A stretch of DNA of 64,000 nucleotides from Centroscyllium fabricii (GCA_051313645.2 JBNRSN020000010.1:114638001-114702000), one strand, 5' to 3'; shown: positions 27,701-39,190, numbered from the stretch's first letter. Made by a program: numbers and translations. The notes: generated from the letters alone by a model not told the origin.

Positions 27701-30700
27701 TAAGCAACAGCATGAAACAAGTCCGAAAAGCACAGTAAACCTTTCCTAAAAGACTGCAGAAGTTATACTGAAGATTGTTATTGTATGGGTTACATATGGA
27801 TTCTCTGTGAAGGAGTAATGAATGATAGAAGCATGGAACATCAGGTATTCTAGTAAGCAACTGCAGATATATGCAGTAGCCTCTCTATAGTCCACAGATA
27901 TACTAAGCCTTGTTACAGCACCTTTTGTTAATTATCTCAAGAAGTTAGTTCTCTCTCTAATCAACTGATCCATAATATGCTGTAATGAATCCAAGTCTTG
28001 TATTTGTGAACTTGATTTGAGTTTTGAAGTTCACCTGCCACTGATTTAGAACTGGAGTTTGGATCAATATTAATTTCTCTATTTCACAATGCTAAATGTT
28101 TAATGTGGGTGGAGCCAGTCCATCCTCGGCAACATCTAAAAACCTTATGCATTATGTTCTATTCTCAAAACCATCAGGCCAGACCTACACTTCAGATCTA
28201 CAAGCACTCTTCTCCATGCATCAGTGTGAAACACTTGATAAAATGTCATAAGTACCCATTTTTTAGACTCTGCAACTTGGTACTGAAACATATTCTGTAC
28301 TGTCTAGCTCTCTCTGCACTGAACTTCCCTCCTCCCACCAACAACTGCCTTTTCTGATCATTGCTTGCCTTCATTAAATGTTTTTGCATCACAGCTTACA
28401 TTAAAAAAAACTTTAAGACTTTAGTAATACTTTCACATACCAACACAGTACGTTTTATTAAATATCCAAATTTCATTGCGCAAGTGTTGGGCCAACTTTT
28501 TCCACTCAGTACTGCATTAGGTATTTCACTATTAGCCGCCACCCTTTTTATATAGATTCTACAGCTATTAATGATTTTATTACCTCTCCAGTATTTGTTT
28601 CTTGATGCAACACTGCTCAGTTTGTGCTGTGTAATGTGTGTTTTGCTCTTTGTAGTACTAGGTTCATCATTTCAAAGTACATTGAACTTTAAAATACTAC
28701 TGAATTTCTGTTTAGTGATAAATGTGTAATCGAACAGTTAATGGATAAACATGCTTGTACATCTGCACACAAGTAGTCTTTGTGCAAATTAAAACACAAA
28801 ACTAGTGCATCATTTTCAACTTTTAAGAGAATTATTCCAAAACTACAATTATCCAGTTTCCGGCTAAACATGATCCTTATTTCTATTTAAACCTATCAGA
28901 GTGTTTATCAAGAATATTTTCAAACAGGTGCAGAGCCAGAATGTTAAAAAGATGGAAAGATCCATTTCAAATGAGCTAGTGTCTATCAAAATGAAAATCA
29001 GCTTTAGTGTTGGTGGTGGATAAAATGGACAGGCAACACTCTCTCTGGTTCTTCCCCTATATACAATTTTTCTTAGGAAATGTGAAAAACTTACTTAAAT
29101 GTGGTCATTGGTTGCGAAATTATTTAGGTGATATGGTTGTTTCAAATCTTACTGGACTTACTACCTAGACCATGCTGTGAGAACATGTAATTTGGCACAG
29201 AGGACAAGATCAAGGCTATAAACAAAATGCCTCATCAAACATCCAACAATAACTATTAAAAATCCTTGTAATTAAAATATAAAAATAACTCCCAACTTTG
29301 TACCTTCAGAATCAAAATCTACAGATGAGGAACAGCTGTATAAACAAACAGGTCTGGAGATACAAATCTTGAATGCACAAGCCCTCGATTAAAGATCAAA
29401 TATGGTTCAGTTATTCTTTGAAAAAAGTATCAGCTACCACATTAAGGAACTTAATTTTGTGCTGTTAATCACTTTACAGAATAAATGTAGCTTAGCAGCA
29501 ATAGAAAAGTTATGAACTATTAATATCAATGTGAAATTGCCAGGTTACAGAACAGGGGTCTGATAATCTATGGATGGAACATTTACAGTGGGTTTGATTA
29601 AAAATATGCAACATTACATTTCAGCTCATCACAATTCCCTACTCCTTCAATTAAAAAAGTGATACATTTGACTGTTAACTTTGGAATATGTTCTAAAGAT
29701 GCAAAAAGTTGTGATTTAAAACAAATATGCCAAACATAAAAGTCTCACACTACATCTCCAGTTAATTAAGTCAATGTTCACACCAAGTTCCTCTTTTATT
29801 TTTGCCATTAACGTTTCAAAAGTGAGAAGAGTACTTCAAATATTTTAATGTTCAGGGAAAGTGCATTTTTCAGATATAGAAACTCAACTGTGCAAACTAA
29901 GAAAAAAACATTAACTGTAGCAGTCCAGTTGCAGTGTACTCCACTGCATTAAGTTGTTTAATAGGTATACTGTGGAACCATAACTTGTAATTATACATCA
30001 GGACAAACTACCAGGAATGTAAACATTGCAAATGTTTAAAATAAGGAAACTCCCACAAGGCAAGCAAATAGCATTCATTTTATATCTGAAGAAAATATTT
30101 TTTGAACATTTACAATAAATATTGAACTGCTTGGTTTAAAGTGCATATGATTTGAAGAGGTAAATTTAAAAAGCATTTAATTCAGATTAGGAATATGCTG
30201 CATAGAATGCAAGATACAGTTCCCTGTACCAGCACCACAGCCCCTACTTTATCAGCTCAAAGTGAAACAGCTGTTTTTTTGGTCTACCATCTGTGTTCAA
30301 ACTTGTTACAATTACCTGGACCACTACAGTTAACTGGCATTGATTTCACACAGTAACATTCAATCACTTTAAAGTGCCTTTAATCTCAGAACAATTATTT
30401 CAGATTTTGTTTCAGTGAAATAAAGTACAACCTGGAACTCATCAGGTTTTAGTCCAGTAAAAAAGTGAATGGAAAGACCTGAATCAGCAGTTTATTTTTA
30501 AAGATAAACATTCAGGTGATTTATAAATATGTGGGCTCTTTGCCAAGACAAGTAAATATTGCAATGATAGCATTTATTTAATTACAAGAATGACATCTCT
30601 GACAGAGATTGTAGAAATGTAATTTTTAAAGCAATGAAAGCAACCATTTTCTCTCACAGGTATCCACATCCAATTTGTTCACATTTCTTACAGTCTGTAA

Positions 30701-30734
30701 AGAAATTGACTAGTCAGGGAGCTTATTCATTGAA

Positions 30735-30750
30735 TTTATTACAATTTATT
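30735..30750 (-). terminator. Tandem AATAAA polyadenylation signals, proximal IRF2BPL 3' end
   Basis: TTTATT at 30735-40 and 30745-50, about 620 nt downstream of the stop codon on the minus strand. Confidence 0.55.
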
Positions 30751-31366
30751 CAGCTCCAAGGCACATTACAGTCTTCTGTTACTACAGAAATGTATAAAGA
30801 ACAAACAGAGCAGTTTTGTCATATACAGTACAGCATTTTGCTCTACTATTTAAAGCATTCGTGCATCCATAAAGCAAAAAAAAACACATTATAAAAAATT
30901 CAGATCACTGAATCATAAAATGAAAGATTTTGCCCTTGGAAACTAATAAAAAAGAACCCCTCACCTTTAAAAAAAAGTCACTTTGTAGGAGACTATCCCC
31001 CAGGGCTTGTAACATAACTAACTGTAACCATTCTTTGTAACAATTTGTTTGCATTTCTGCAGGCGTCAACACTGGCCTTGGCAATTCAGCGAAGTGCATA
31101 CATTTACAAAAACACACCAGCAGCGTTAATTGCTAAGTGCTATGATTCTGTACCTAGCCAACACACTGCCATCAATAAGTGAAAACAGTATTAAGCAGTA
31201 ATATCTGATATTCTTTAAACAAAACCAGGTTCATCCTTCAAATGAAGAAGAGTACATACCTTGTTTCAAAATATAGAAACATACGACGAAAATGAAAAAT
31301 GTCTATACATAAGACTAACTTTTTAGTTCTTATTCACATTTTACTTCAATTACTGAAGTTAAAAAA

Positions 31367-33352
31367 TTACGGGTCTCTTTCTTTTTTGACTTTAACGTCC
31401 CCTGCTAAGATTGTAGCAATCTCTCCTTGCATGAATGCCCAAGGGACATTTGAACCTACTAAAGGGCATTTTTCTCCACTGGGGCAATAAACTTCTCCAT
31501 TCGCCCCCTGAGCCTTGATGCTCTCCCGAGAACATGGGAAACAGAATTTATGATTGGGCACTGACGGGCATTGCACAAAGTGAGTGTCCTCCAAACGTTC
31601 ATGACAAATGGTGCAGCATAGGGGCCCGTTGTTGGCCATCGGCGAGTCTGGAATGTTTGGAGGGTGAACGGGATCTATGCTGGGGTTGGGATGGCTGTTA
31701 GGAGGGGCCACGGACAGAGCAACATCCCCGTTCCTGGACACCATGCGGCGCTGGCTGCCCCCTGACGCCGGGGACACCGGACTGTTGCTGTTCCTCCTGG
31801 CGCTGGTCGTAGTGGTCGAGTGTACGGAATTGCTGCTGTCCTTTGGCGAGTGGGCATTCCCGAGAGTGTCAGCCACGGACATGAGGGCGGCCATGGGGGA
31901 CTGTCCATTCTGGGCGCTGCATTCGGGAGGGGTGGTCCGGTTGGGTGGCAAGGGGGGACCCCCGTGCGCCACGCCGCCTGCTCCAAAGGCGCCGGATGCC
32001 GCCATGGTGAGCTTTAAGGCTTCGTTCTGGTTCGACAACCACTGCTGCTGCCGCTCCTCCAGCTTCACGCTGCCCGCTTCCGAGTCGGGCTCGGGCGAGG
32101 CTTTCCGCTTGCGGATGCCAGTCCTGGAGCTGCTGGGCGGGGGCCGGGGCAGGTTGCACAAGGCGGTGGGTAAGATGGGACAAGTGGCGTCGATGTGGGG
32201 CTGCGGCAGCATGTCGGCCCCCACCACCTCCTTGAAGAAACGCACCGACTCGGGCAGCAGGTCGCCCAGCAGGCGCCAGTCTCCCGAGCCGTGCTTCTTC
32301 TCGTACTCCAAGTACTTGAAGCCGGACGACAGGCCTCTGCCGAAATCCTTCATGCAGTCCTGGTACATCTGCTTGGCCACCCCCGAGGCGCTGGAGAAGA
32401 CATTGGCCGAGCCGCTCGGGTACTCGATGAAGATCTTCAGCTCGTAGTCCATCCCGGGCTTGGAGACGGCGTCGAAGGCGAACACCCGGCCCAGCAGCGA
32501 GTGGTCCTTCTTGAAGCGCACGTCGAAGGGGTTGCAGTTGGACAGGGTGAGCAGCGTCTCCCGCACGATCTTGGGCTTGTTGGCCCAGTCCTCGGAGCGG
32601 TTCCTCAGGCTCTCGCCCAGCTCGGCCAGGGTCTCGGCGTTGCGCTGCTTCTCCTTCAGTTCCCGCTCCTGGTCGCTGCTGGACACCGAGCCCGGCCGCT
32701 TGTTGACATCGCTCAGCACTTGGCTGCTGCTGGTCAGCGAGGTGCCCGCCAGGCTGGTGGACGGAGACGGCCGGCCGAGCAGACCGTGCGGGGCCAGGGC
32801 TCCCGCCGACGGGCCGTTTAAGGTGGTCTGAGGCAGCAGGTTGGGGGGCACGGTGACTGGGCCCGGAGGCACGATGCCGTGATTTCGCCGCGAGGAATTG
32901 GGGCTCTGCCGATTCAGCTCGGGCGGGATGTCGTCGGGTTTGGGGAATCCGTTGGGTCCGCTCAAGCCATTGGGAAGCCTGCCAGCGTGGGCGAGGCCCG
33001 GGTACTCGAAGCGCGGTCTCTCGGCGCTCAGGGAATAGCGATCGAGAGGCGGCTGGGGCGCCTTGGACGAGCCGTCGACGTGGTTGAGCTGTTGAGCCGC
33101 CTCTTTGCTGGCGCCCAAGGACTGAACTTTGACAGGCGGTGGCCCGGGGGAGCGGCCCTCCTGGAAGCCGTGAGCCCGCTTGAGCTGCCGCGCCGTTTCG
33201 ATCACAAACTCGATCCGATCGGCCCCTTCGTAGTTGACGCAGCCCCGGCACACGGGCTCGGTAAAATCCCAGATCATGGCCCACGGCATGCGGGGCAGGT
33301 CGCAGAGGTAACACGACTGTCTCCGGGACGAAGACACCTGCGCGGCGGACAT
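31367..33352 (-). CDS. IRF2BPL: Interferon regulatory factor 2 binding protein-like (EAP1), intronless, 661 aa
   Basis: Canonical start [30 protein letters not shown] (C4 zinc finger). Central domain [44 protein letters not shown]-terminal [31 protein letters not shown] ending KVKKERDP. The ORF track start at 33583 is a GTG; the first ATG is at 33352. Confidence 0.97.
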   Translation of the reverse strand: MSAAQVSSSRRQSCYLCDLPRMPWAMIWDFTEPVCRGCVNYEGADRIEFVIETARQLKRAHGFQEGRSPGPPPVKVQSLGASKEAAQQLNHVDGSSKAPQPPLDRYSLSAERPRFEYPGLAHAGRLPNGLSGPNGFPKPDDIPPELNRQSPNSSRRNHGIVPPGPVTVPPNLLPQTTLNGPSAGALAPHGLLGRPSPSTSLAGTSLTSSSQVLSDVNKRPGSVSSSDQERELKEKQRNAETLAELGESLRNRSEDWANKPKIVRETLLTLSNCNPFDVRFKKDHSLLGRVFAFDAVSKPGMDYELKIFIEYPSGSANVFSSASGVAKQMYQDCMKDFGRGLSSGFKYLEYEKKHGSGDWRLLGDLLPESVRFFKEVVGADMLPQPHIDATCPILPTALCNLPRPPPSSSRTGIRKRKASPEPDSEAGSVKLEERQQQWLSNQNEALKLTMAASGAFGAGGVAHGGPPLPPNRTTPPECSAQNGQSPMAALMSVADTLGNAHSPKDSSNSVHSTTTTSARRNSNSPVSPASGGSQRRMVSRNGDVALSVAPPNSHPNPSIDPVHPPNIPDSPMANNGPLCCTICHERLEDTHFVQCPSVPNHKFCFPCSRESIKAQGANGEVYCPSGEKCPLVGSNVPWAFMQGEIATILAGDVKVKKERDP

Positions 33353-33800
33353 GATGCGGAAGGTGTTGAAATTGAGCGGGTGTTGTCGGTGTGTCCGCGG
33401 GGGCTGGGTGGTGTGTAAGGCCCTTCCTTGTGGTGCTGTGGCCGGGCCCGGGCTCACTTCCCTTCCCTTTCCTCTTCTCCTCGCTTTCTCCTCTCCTCTC
33501 GGCCGCGCCACCGAGCTCCTCCGAGCACCACGTGACGTCAGCCGCCGCTCTGCAGCCGCAACAGGGCTGCTGCGCACGCGCACATTCCTCTCTCTCTCTC
33601 CCTTTCCCCTCCTCCCCCGCCACCCCTCCCTTCCTTAACGCTCCAGCATGTGTGCTCTGGTCAATAAAAAGCTTCAAATTGCAGTCTTAAAGCTCCGGGG
33701 CACTTCCAGGCCGAATGCATCCTCGTCTCACTCTCGCCCCCTCGCTTCACGCGAATCATCGTGTACTTGATTTGCTCGAATCCACCACGCAATTTCACAC
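31630..33800. promoter_or_regulatory. CpG island over IRF2BPL 5' region and most of the CDS
   Basis: Visibly GC- and CpG-rich against AT-rich flanks. Confidence 0.85.
33529..33540. promoter_or_regulatory. Overlapping E-box (CACGTG) and full CRE (TGACGTCA)
   Basis: CACGTGACGTCA about 180 nt upstream of the ATG. Confidence 0.6.
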
Positions 33801-34352
33801 ACGCAGTAGTACCGGATGGTAACGTGGTTTGGTTCCTGACCCCAAAAATGTTTCAAAACGAATGCTAGAAACTTTCCATTTTAACTTCAGTTACTAGAGT
33901 ACATTGTGTGAATGCTCGTTCAAATAGGTCCGTTGTAATTCTCAACACTCAACATAATGCACTGAAGACCAACAGGCAAAAGGACGAAAGTTGTATTTAA
34001 AGGCAAAATTAGACACTAGCTCAATGATTACCTTATACATTTAAAATTCCAGATTGCAATTAAACTACTAAAGCCCTATCTCCAGTTAGTCCTAATAGGA
34101 CCGAAATAACATTTATTTTTCCGAACAATTGACCTCTTAACTTCAGGCCAAGTATTAGAATAACTAAAAACCAAACTGCGTTAAGAGGATCGCCTTTAAC
34201 CGTCATAAAAGCATAAGCCTCATGATAATAGAAAGTAGTTACAGTCTAAATACATCTTTAACTTGTGGGGATGTTATGTCAGTGTTTGCGATGTTGTCTA
34301 GGTTTTCCCCCGCCTCTCCGCAGCTTTCAACAGCAGCTCCAGGCCCGCCCCA

Positions 34353-34360
34353 TGACGTCA
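34353..34360. promoter_or_regulatory. Full palindromic CRE in a second small GC-rich patch
   Basis: TGACGTCA preceded by a GC box (CCCGCCCC). CCAAT/ATTGG at 34498-34509. Confidence 0.5.
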
Positions 34361-35719
34361 GCGCCTGTTCTATTTCAGTTCTCTTCAGAATGTCGCAACT
34401 CTCCAGCGTTTTGCGCCATGTCACTCACAGACCGAGCCCACATTTTATTCTCTGCTGATAATTCTACACTGAAGCTGCTCATCTGCTTTGCAGACTCCCA
34501 ATGTATTGGCAGAAATCCATTCATTACAAGACATACGTATTTTTAAGATCGTCGTTAAACTAGTAAAACAGACCTTTGACGTATCCCTCCCCGAAACAAA
34601 GGGGGCAGTTTCTTAAAACTACAATCTCCACATTTTTTCTAAGTAAACATACTCCGACCGATTTAAGAGCGGTGTGGGCGAGGCTTGATGGGAAAATGGT
34701 AAAAACAAACCATCGTAACGTCAGCAAAAAGTATGAAATAATTTCACTGCTTAAAAAACGTTAAAATGTTCGGCCAAATAATTATGCAACTTCCACCCAA
34801 ATCTAACCAACCCAACGTCAGTTTCCTGTTGTGAAATTTGCTGTGTGTAAACGGCAATCTAAAACGATAAGCTCTTTCCCAATGAATCCTTGTATTTACT
34901 TTCCATGAAAGTAGTTGCCCGATGGTGCGGGCCCCGAGGTGAGGGAGGTGCTGCTTGTTTTTCCAGTATGGTTTAATCATTAATATGGATGTGGGCCATC
35001 AACTTCGGAGGCTACGTCAGCACTTCAATATAAATATAACCATTTGGTTACTGTTTAATAAAGGTAACATTTAACTCGAACTTGCAAAGGCTATAGAATA
35101 GGAAATCAAGAAATGAACAGAAACAAAGCCAACTGGAAAATGTTATCTTAAAACTTAGCTATTTTTTCCGCCACCGTTAGTTTATTGCAATTCCATGAAC
35201 AACACTGAAATAGGTCTATATTTTATATCAACATCCACTAGTTACTATGCTGTAGATTGCATCCTACTTTGTTTCATTAAAAATAGTTCCGAAAGTAAAA
35301 CTAATTTCTGTAGCGCTTCTAAAGTCGAACTTAAATCAGGATACACCCCTCCCCCACATAAAAGGAAGAAATGATCCGTGCAGCACTCACTCAGTGACCT
35401 GTTTGTTCAGATTGCCATCCTGTTAAAGCTCGATACTTTACCAGAGTAAACACAACCTCATTGGATTTTTCATGTTACTTACTTATCACTAAAAGCGACC
35501 ATAAGACAAAATTGTTTATGTTACAACAGTTCAGTCAGCATCTTACTTATACAATTGGAATTTGGAATTCGGACTCTGAAAACGACCCATAAACCTAGAC
35601 ACATCACTATGTAACAGGAGTATGCACTGTGTAGTTTCAATATTTGCGATCATCATACAATTCTACATTAATTTAAAAGGGACTAACAAATTAAGAGATT
35701 AATTGTTTCTTAATTCTGA

Positions 35720-35875
35720 ATAGGGGATAGGGTGGGATATGTGTCGGTGCAGTTTCGATAGGGGATGTGGGGACAAGGCAGGGACAGGGTGCTGGGTTTG
35801 GATGATCAGCCATGATCTCAGGCTCGAAGGGCCGAATGGCCTACTCCTGCTCCCAGTTTCTATGTTTCTATGAAT
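35720..35875 (+). mobile_element. HE1 SINE / CR1 3'-end fragment
   Basis: GGGGATAGGGTGGGATATGTGTCGGTGCAG matches 52264-52290, then GATCAGCCATGATC..GGCTCGAAGGGCCGAATGGCCTACTCCTGCTCC..TTTCTATG tail. Confidence 0.75.
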
Positions 35876-37149
35876 AAAAAACATTAAACATGCTTCCCAG
35901 GCCTGAAACTACATGACAAAAAAACGAGAAGGTTCATCTTAAAGGGTCTTATCTCAACAGACAATTTAGTCATTGATTAACACATGGTATCACTTTGCCA
36001 ACCATATTTGTGTCTAGTTTAAAAAAAAGCACACTTTGCAGTATTATAATTTCTGCAGAATTGAAAGCTTGGCAGAGTTACGACATAGCAGTCATTGTTG
36101 CAGCTGAATTTTTGGCGTGAGATATTCCCGAAATATAATTTACCCAGAAACACCCCATGGGGATGTGGGCAATGCGCGCATTTAAAGGAAGAGAGTGTCC
36201 ACTATCATTTATTTATTTTAAAGAGCTTTTTGACCTAATTTAAATAGATGACTTTAAAAAAAAGAGTAATAAATGTTATTTTGAGCTGTTCACCCTCAAT
36301 TCCCAAGGACTGGTAATCAGAGAATGTTACTGAGACACAACACCAGGTTTCCTATGCCATACCTATTCACAATCATTGTTACTCGACAATGCTGTTATAG
36401 AACCCCTTTAAGCCACCTTGTTCAACGTTGACAATGTGTCATGAAAATAGGAGAGACTAGTGTGCAGCTACACAAACTCTACTCGAGTAGAAATAGTAAA
36501 TGGCGAGACTGGTAATTAATAATTCCTGGTTTGCTGTACTTTCTGCCCAACAAATAACATTTTTGAAATATATATGTAGTTCATCACATCAGAGACTTTT
36601 ACTACAGGTACTACCAAGTGGTCAATAAAGAATTGTTTCTTTAAGATATCTAACATTTACCAAGTATGTTCCCCTCCTTTCTGCTGTGTTTATTTGTACT
36701 GAAAATTGATTCTTTACATAACATGCATAAAAACATCTCCATCAGCCTTCACGTCCTATGCAGCGCAACAAATACCTGTACTCATAGTAAAACTGATGCA
36801 TAGGTGAAGATTAATGAACGAGAGGAGCACAACTAGCCTTGGAAAAAAATGAATATATACTTGTCTACCTATGTGGAGTTCAACTCCCAAAAATTTTTTT
36901 TAAGTTATTTTGTGGCTAGAACTGGATCTATTTTTGTCATGCAGTCAGCAGGATTTTGGCAGCCATATTGAAAATCCCCTAAGCAGCTGTAAATAATTAA
37001 ATTCACAGGTCAAACTAAAACATGTGTTCATCTCAAATTGAAAAGTTTGATCTAATGATGCAACAGAGTGTGGAAAGATTTTATTTCTGTCACTTAATGT
37101 AAAGATAAAAATGATTTAAATGCATTTTAAAACCATTTTTGATTGTCAA

Positions 37150-37390
37150 TAGGGCACTTGGTGCACAGTACGTTAGGGTACTGGGCACAAAGTACCTTAG
37201 GAGACTGACGCTTTATCTTTGGGACCTGGCTTTGGCTTCTTCCCACTCTGCTGTAATGGAAGTTTCCTCTTTATGCAAGCAGTAAGGTCCTAATTTAAGA
37301 TGAGTTTGGTTAATCTAAACCCAGTTCTTAATGTGCAATGGACAGCACAATTAACACTCATTTGGCATGATACCATGTGCTGCATTATTC
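37150..37390 (+). mobile_element. LF-SINE-like ancient SINE relic
   Basis: GATGAGTTTGGTTAATCTAAACCCAGTTCTTAATG resembles the recalled LF-SINE core AATGAGTTGGTGGTCTCAGTCCAGTTCCTAGTG. Degenerate tRNA-like head. Confidence 0.4.
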
Positions 37391-37427
37391 ACCCTGTGAA
37401 TATGGAACTATTTTCATGCTATATGTG

Positions 37428-38125
37428 ACAGCAAAATACTGCAGATGCTGGAAATCAAAAATAACAACAGAAAACGCTGGGAAAACTCAGCAGGCCAGGC
37501 AACATTGGTGGAGAGAGAAATAGAGGTAACGTTTCAGGTCAAAGACCTTTCATCAGAACTGGAAAAAAACAGGAGAGGGGATAGATTTTAAAGCAAGTAG
37601 GGGCTGGGGAAAGGGGTGAAAGAACAAAAGTGAAGATTAGCGACAGGATAGAAAACAGGAGAGATTAAGAGACATTAAGAGATATTCAAGGAACACAAGA
37701 TGGCTCTGGATGAAGTGTGAATGGCTGGCAGAGAGAAGAAAAAAGTCCAGACGAAAGTGTGGATTAAAAAAAGAGAATGATAGGGGCCGAGGTTATGATC
37801 TGAAATTGTTGAACTCTATGTTTAGTCCAGAGGGCTGTAGAGTGCCTAAGTGAAAGATATGTTCTATGTTCTATGAGGTGCTGTTCCTCGAGTTTACGCT
37901 GAGCTTCCGTGGAACAATGCAAGAGGCCGCAGACGGTGAGGTCCGAATGGGAGTGGAGTGGAGAATTAAAGTGACAGGCCACCTGGAGCTCGGAGTCCCC
38001 CTTACAGACTGAACGGAGGTGTTCCGCAAAGCAGTCACCCAATCTGCGTTTGGTTTCCCCAATGTAGAGGAGACCACACTGTGAGCAGCGAATACAGTAT
38101 ACTAAATTGCAGGAAGTAGACATAA
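37428..38125 (-). mobile_element. Penelope-like element 3' fragment (GIY-YIG endonuclease + 3' region)
   Basis: ORF 37764-38123 'NLVYCIRCSQCGLLYIGETKRRLGD.FAEH..VACHFN' is a Penelope GIY-YIG domain. Typical end TTTCCAGCATCTGCAGTATTTTGC on the minus strand. Confidence 0.9.
37522..37562 (-). ncRNA. Minimal type I hammerhead ribozyme of the Penelope element
   Basis: Minus strand reads AGUU-CUGAUGA-A-AGGUC-UUU-GACCU-GAAAC-GUUA-CCU: both conserved core boxes, a perfect 5-bp stem II and a palindromic AACGUU stem III. Confidence 0.8.
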
Positions 38126-38499
38126 ATGCTATATGTGTCCAGCATAGAATATCTCTGTTAAAAGTAACAGCTATTATTCACTGGCCCACAGACTAGAGAA
38201 AAGCACTAATCAATTCGAATGATCACTTAAGTTTTTTCACTGATCTCAGAAGACATTTTTTATTAAGTTACAGTTAAAACTTCAGCCTAGCTCCTCAATT
38301 CAGTGCTGCAATATCTTTTGTTTTAGGTACAGACTTGTACAATTCATTCTTCCTTACAAGGGGTTTTCAAGGCAGTGATCACCTCTGTAAAGAGGTAGTG
38401 TTATTGAATATTAAGATACTTTCTGCATTTGTAACAGACATTATAGAGAATATAATGAGAACATTTACACATTTGGTACAGACATACATCACTTCACAA

Positions 38500-38600
38500 T
38501 GGAGAAAGAAAGACTTGGATTTATATAGCGCCATTCACGACCACCAGATGTCACAAAGCACTTTACAGCCAATGAAGTACTTTTGAAGTGAAGTCAGTAT
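38500..38600 (-). mobile_element. DeuSINE/L2-type 3' tail
   Basis: AGAAAGACTTGGATTTATATAGCGCC..AAAGCACTTTACAGCCAATGAAGTACTTTTGAAGTG. Confidence 0.75.
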
Positions 38601-39029
38601 TATTAAGAGGGAGGTGAAATGCCAAAGTCAATCCACTTACGAAAAAGATTTTACTTCCACTATGTGTCATTTCTTTTCTCGGCAATCTTCAAATACATGA
38701 GAGTCCTATACATTATTTTGTGAGAATATTTATGTCTGTGCTGGGCATTACATTTCAATTGTGGCCAGTGTCAGCATTAAATACTCCCCATCACAGGTAC
38801 TTCACAAGCCAGATAAAGAGTGGAGCTCCCTCGATTCTACCTCAACTATAGTAAATCAACCCTTTTGAAACAGTATCAATTCTCTCATCACACACCATAT
38901 ATCCATGTGGCCTAAGTGTTTGTGCAAATTTGTTGATTTGCTATGCAGTTGTTCATAGGTAAAGTTTTTAAAAAATGCATCTTTCTCTTCCTGTAACAGT
39001 CTCTCTCTATTTTATATTCAGATTCAGAG

Positions 39030-39190
39030 GAACTCCAAGCTTTTGGAGGATTGTAGGGCCGGAAGAGGTTACAGCGATAGGAAGGGATGAGGCCATGAAG
39101 AAATTTAAACACGAGAAATGGCAATTTAAATTGGAGGAATTGGGGGAACTAGCACCCAATGTACACCAGCAAGAACAGGGGTGATAGATG
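39030..39190 (-). mobile_element. L2 LINE fragment
   Basis: Minus-strand reading 'FLVFKFLHGLIPSYRCNL' matches the L2 pieces at 3430 and 10050. Confidence 0.65.

Noticed and set aside
31677-33418. Antisense ORFs (256, 208, 179 aa) over IRF2BPL
   Set aside because: Shadow frames of a GC-rich CDS, with no recognisable domains.
31869-33677. 602-aa alternative-frame ORF overlapping IRF2BPL
   Set aside because: Starts at TTG, has no ATG until near its end, and is Arg/Gly/Ala/Pro-rich. It ends close to where GC3 drops, as expected for a by-product of GC-rich codons.
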